DNA of 63,995 nt, filler included, from a bacterium (lineage in GTDB: Bacteria > UBA9089 > CG2-30-40-21 > SBAY01): NCBI GenBank assembly GCA_040757115.1. It is 8 parts of 8 records of this genome, joined end to end, with 100 filler letters (N's around TTAATTAATTAA, not from the genome) between each part and the next. Parts side by side here need not be neighbours in the genome. Positions count along the whole stretch, not along the records: positions 55,530 to 60,829 come from JBFLYA010000258.1; positions 60,930 to 63,995 come from JBFLYA010000349.1; 6 more parts are not named here. One strand, 5' to 3'. Made by a program: the position numbers and the translations under genes. Shown one piece after another: positions 60,485-63,995 of the stretch. Position 1 is the first letter of the stretch; every line of letters begins with the position of its first letter. The notes under the pieces are model-generated. The model was not told the DNA's origin and did no database searches. It was given only the letters and a program-made list of their open reading frames with translations.

Positions 60485-60593
60485 AGAGAATAATCAAACG
60501 ACATAGAAGAATAATGTTTGATACTGCTCCCATCATATACTTTATTGAAGAACATAAGGATTTTGGGAAAATTACAGATGAGATATTCAAATT
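60475..60593 (+). pseudogene. PIN/VapC toxin truncated by MITE insertion, cassette 3
   Basis: MGIKRIIKRHRRIMFDTAPIIYFIEEHKDF...FKL, then a TAA supplied by the GTAACCG TIR. Confidence 0.8.
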
Positions 60594-60829
60594 GTAACCG
60601 TTCAGGCTATATATCAAAAGTGTAAGAAAGGGGATAAGGAGATAAGAGTGATATGGAGATAAGATAATAGAAATAGATTGAAATTTATAGAAATAGGTAG
60701 AAATTGATTGTGGAAAACAACAAATTTCCATAAATTTCTATTAGTTTCTATTAATTTCAATTTTTTTAATAATATCTCCCTATCTCCTTAATCTCCACAT
60801 CTCCTTTTGTTACACCACCTGAACGCTTA
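60594..60829. mobile_element. Essentially complete copy of the high-copy ~236-bp IS66-type-end MITE
   Basis: GTAACCGTTCAGGCTATATATC...ACACCACCTGAACGCTTA. Confidence 0.88.
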
Positions 60830-60929
60830 NNNNNNNNNNNNNNNNNNNNNNNNNNNNNNNNNNNNNNNNNNNNTTAATTAATTAANNNNNNNNNNNNNNN
60901 NNNNNNNNNNNNNNNNNNNNNNNNNNNNN

Positions 60930-61959
60930 GTAGAGCGATTGCTTTGTTATACCAGGCTTGTTGAAAAGCAGGATTGAGATTTATCGCTTTATCAAAACAT
61001 TCTACTGCCTCATTGTATCTTCTCAATTTACACAATGCTACCCCCTGGTTATAATAGCTATTTATATCTTTAGGATTCAATTTAGTGGCTTCCGCGAAAC
61101 AGGCTGTTGCCTCCTGATATTCTTCTGATTTGCATAAATCTATTCCTTTATTAAACCATAATTGATAATCTGCTGGATTTAACTTAATCGCCTCATCATA
61201 GCAACTGATGGATTCTTTGTAGCTTCCAAGCATTGCCAGAGCCAATCCTTTATTAAACCATATCTGGGGAGAATTATGGTCTAATCTTAAAACAGCATCA
61301 TAATAAACAACTGCACCTTTATATTCCCCAAGTTTATATAAGACATTTGCTTTATTAAGCCAGGCATTCTGGTCATCAGGATTTAAGTTTAGCACCTCAT
61401 CATAACACAAATTTGCTTCTTTATATTTCTCAAGTTTTTCCAGTATCATTGCCTTGTTAAACCATGCGGCTGAGTCTTGAGAATTTAATTCAATAACCTT
61501 ATCAAAAGATGAAAGAGCCTCATTGTATCTTCCCAGTTTATATAAAACTACCCCTTTGTTAAACCAGGCGGCGGCATCAGCAGGATATAAACCAAGAGTA
61601 CCCTCATAACAAATAAGGGCATCTTCGTATTTCCCTAAATTATACAGGTCTATTCCTTTATTGTAGCAGGCATAAACGGATTTTGGCTCAAAGTATTTTA
61701 TGGCAAAATCATAGCATTTTATTGCAGATTCATATTCCTTTAAGTTATCCAATGTTACAGCTTTATTATACCATGTATCTCCATCCTCTGGATTTAACTT
61801 AATCGTTTCATCAAAACAATCAAGTGCTTCTTTGTATTTCCCGCTTTGATATAAATCTACTCCCTTATTATACCAGAAAATAAAAGTTTCCTTACATACT
61901 CCAGTTTCCGTAATAAGAACCAAAATAATGGTAATTAACAAACATACCTTTATTCTCAC
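60930..61959 (-). CDS. Secreted TPR-repeat protein (3' end lost in the gap)
   Basis: Signal peptide after GTG 61959 (AAGGAG RBS); ~9 W.NKG..L..LG.Y.EA..C.D.A..LNP units. Confidence 0.9.
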
Positions 61960-62064
61960 TGACAATTCTCCTTTTGATATTATACCTTGATATAGAAAGA
62001 ATGTCAAGCATTTTCTTCTTGACATTTAACATTGGATATGATAGAATTCTCTGGAGGTGAAAAA

Positions 62065-63681
62065 ATGTATTTAACCTTTCCTCAACGAATGATAAAGATT
62101 GCTAATAAGACCAGATGGTTAATAATTTTGTTGGTCTTATTAGTCATTAAACTCTTCCCTGAAGCAGGAGTAGATTATACTCAAATTTACTTTTTGCTTA
62201 TTTTAGCTGGTATTTATAATCTATTAGTTAGATTCATTCCCTGGCAACAACAATGGCAAGAAGGTAAAGGCTATCGAATCTGTTATGCTGAGAGCACACT
62301 GGATATAATCTTTATTAGCGGGATTATTTATTTAACTGGGGGGCTACAAAGTAATTTCTTCCTGCTTTATTTTGCGGTGATTATGTTTGCGGCAACTTAT
62401 TATAACCCATTAAAATGTTTTTTGATAACTATCTGTATAAGTCTATTATATATTTTGAATGGAATTCTAACTGAACCTTCACTCCGTGTGCTTTTATCTA
62501 CTCTTTTGAGTAGAATTCCACTTCTGTTTGCTATTGCAGGAGTTACTGTTTATCTCACTCAGGAAATTAAAATTCAAAGTGAAGAATTGGAATTAGAAAA
62601 GGAAAAACTTCAAAAACTCCTTCAAAGATTAAAAGGGAATTTAAAAGAGATTGACAAAAAGAATCAAATGTTAAATGAAATCTATAAACTTTCTTTAAAA
62701 ATAGGCAGTAGTTTGAATTTAGAGGATGAGTTAAATAGTATTATTGATGTTACAAATGAATTTTTGAAATCAGATTTAATCCTCATTAGTTTGGTTGATG
62801 AGAACAAACAGGAGTTAGAATTCAAGGCAAAAAAAGGTAACTTATTATCAAAGATTTCTGATGTGAATAAAATAAAGATAGAAGAGAGTATATTAGGTCA
62901 AGTAATTAAAACCGGCCAGCCTGTAAGCATTGGTGATTTATCTAAGATAGGCTCGAAGGACCATCTCTTTACTTCAAAAGAGGGAATATCTTCTTTGCTC
63001 TCAGTTCCTTTAATTGTCAATGAAAAACCGATTGGTGTTTTTACTTGTGTTTATTCTAAAGTAATGGAATTTAAAGAAGATGAGGTAAAATTTTTAACTC
63101 TGATTGCTACTCGAGCCGCTCTATCCATAAATAATGCCCAGTTGCATGATGAAATTAGAAAATTAGCCATCACTGATGGTCTAACCGGACTCTATAACTA
63201 CCGCTATTTTCAAGAAAGTTTAAAAAGAGAAATAGAACGGTGTAAAAGGATTAAAAGTTCCTTATCTTTATTAATGATAGATATTGACCACTTTAAAAAC
63301 TTTAATGATACTTATGGACATCAGGAGGGAGATATATTGTTATCCAGGTTGGCGATGCTCTTAAACTACCATATTCGGCAGACAGATATTATTGCTCGCT
63401 ACGGTGGAGAAGAATTTGTGATTATTGCAACTGATATCTCGCTGGGAAATACCTTTTTGTTAGGAGAACGAATAAGACACGAAATAGAAAAAGGTTTATT
63501 GACCGAAGAAGATGCGTATCGACTTAAAACTACTTTACCTGTAACCATAAGTATTGGTATTGCCGTATTTCCTGCTGATGCCCTTGAGCAGAAAGAGTTG
63601 ATTAAATGTGCGGATACGGCACTTTATGAGGCGAAAAACACTGGAAGAAACAAAGTCGTGGAATATGGTAAAATAATGTAA
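62065..63681 (+). CDS. Membrane-bound GAF-GGDEF diguanylate cyclase
   Basis: N-terminal TMs, coiled coil, GAF, DGLTGLYN, DIDHFK, RQTD I-site, GGEEF; GGAGG RBS before ATG 62065. Confidence 0.95.
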   Translation: MYLTFPQRMIKIANKTRWLIILLVLLVIKLFPEAGVDYTQIYFLLILAGIYNLLVRFIPWQQQWQEGKGYRICYAESTLDIIFISGIIYLTGGLQSNFFLLYFAVIMFAATYYNPLKCFLITICISLLYILNGILTEPSLRVLLSTLLSRIPLLFAIAGVTVYLTQEIKIQSEELELEKEKLQKLLQRLKGNLKEIDKKNQMLNEIYKLSLKIGSSLNLEDELNSIIDVTNEFLKSDLILISLVDENKQELEFKAKKGNLLSKISDVNKIKIEESILGQVIKTGQPVSIGDLSKIGSKDHLFTSKEGISSLLSVPLIVNEKPIGVFTCVYSKVMEFKEDEVKFLTLIATRAALSINNAQLHDEIRKLAITDGLTGLYNYRYFQESLKREIERCKRIKSSLSLLMIDIDHFKNFNDTYGHQEGDILLSRLAMLLNYHIRQTDIIARYGGEEFVIIATDISLGNTFLLGERIRHEIEKGLLTEEDAYRLKTTLPVTISIGIAVFPADALEQKELIKCADTALYEAKNTGRNKVVEYGKIM

Positions 63682-63686
63682 TTTTC

Positions 63687-63872
63687 GGTGGTGTCTGAAA
63701 ATAACGCTAATAGTGAAATCTATGCAGATTTGGTGTAAAAAAGGGGATAAGGAGATAAAGAAAGATATGGAGATTATTCATTGTAATTTCCAAAATTTTA
63801 GAATGAATTTATCTCCTTATCTTCATAATCCCCATATCTCCTTTTCTTACACTATTTCAACCTTTATGCTAG
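63687..63872. mobile_element. Inverted, truncated copy of the GGTGGTGTCT-end MITE
   Basis: Reverse-complement match to ~6490-6676. Confidence 0.75.
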
Positions 63873-63995
63873 TGCTCTGTCGCTACTCAATTGATGTCCC
63901 CCCTGGCCTAATCATTACCCACATCTTTTAGTGGACAGATTAGATAGAAATTCCAAATTCCAAGCACCAAATTCCAAATAAATTCCAAATTCCAA

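Noticed and set aside
28038-60929. TTAATTAATTAA palindrome repeated every ~5.4 kb
   Set aside because: Artificial six-frame-stop linker inside N-runs; not biological

Overview
This window is low-GC bacterial DNA from a draft or metagenome-assembled genome. It is not contiguous. Seven 100-bp artificial linkers (N-run + TTAATTAATTAA + N-run) join eight contigs, and the ~5.3-5.45 kb contigs fall in descending size order, so neighbourhoods across gaps mean nothing. Contig 1 (1-28037) holds a large surface-protein region: an 83-aa repeat protein, a YVTN/DUF11 protein, IPT-like repeat proteins, and a cohesin/dockerin protein with a FlgD/T9SS-like tail next to a GT39 and a PorV-like barrel. It also holds an enlarged RNase P RNA, rfbB, a decayed rfbA, rdgB, rph, queE, a PfkB kinase, cbiL/cbiF/cbiG-cbiH and tRNA-Thr(GGT). 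Later contigs carry a hybrid CheA with an MCP, split transketolase, an ATPase plus aspartyl-protease-like pair, a sigma54-driven TauE cluster, a GrpE/Hsp70/J-domain paralog operon, a WD40-caspase plus TPR pair, an orphan cas6, a TPR protein and a GGDEF protein. The most notable signal is at 57874-60593, an integron-like gene-cassette array. There a decayed tyrosine-recombinase-like gene and an attI-like site are followed by three co-oriented cassettes. The cassettes are separated by two attC-like branched hairpins that differ in sequence but share one structure, and each complete cassette's start is complementary to its own end. The genome is also saturated with at least three families of non-autonomous MITEs, two of them with demonstrable 8-bp target duplications. 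These elements nest inside one another, carry 7-9-mer repeat cargo and have broken several genes.
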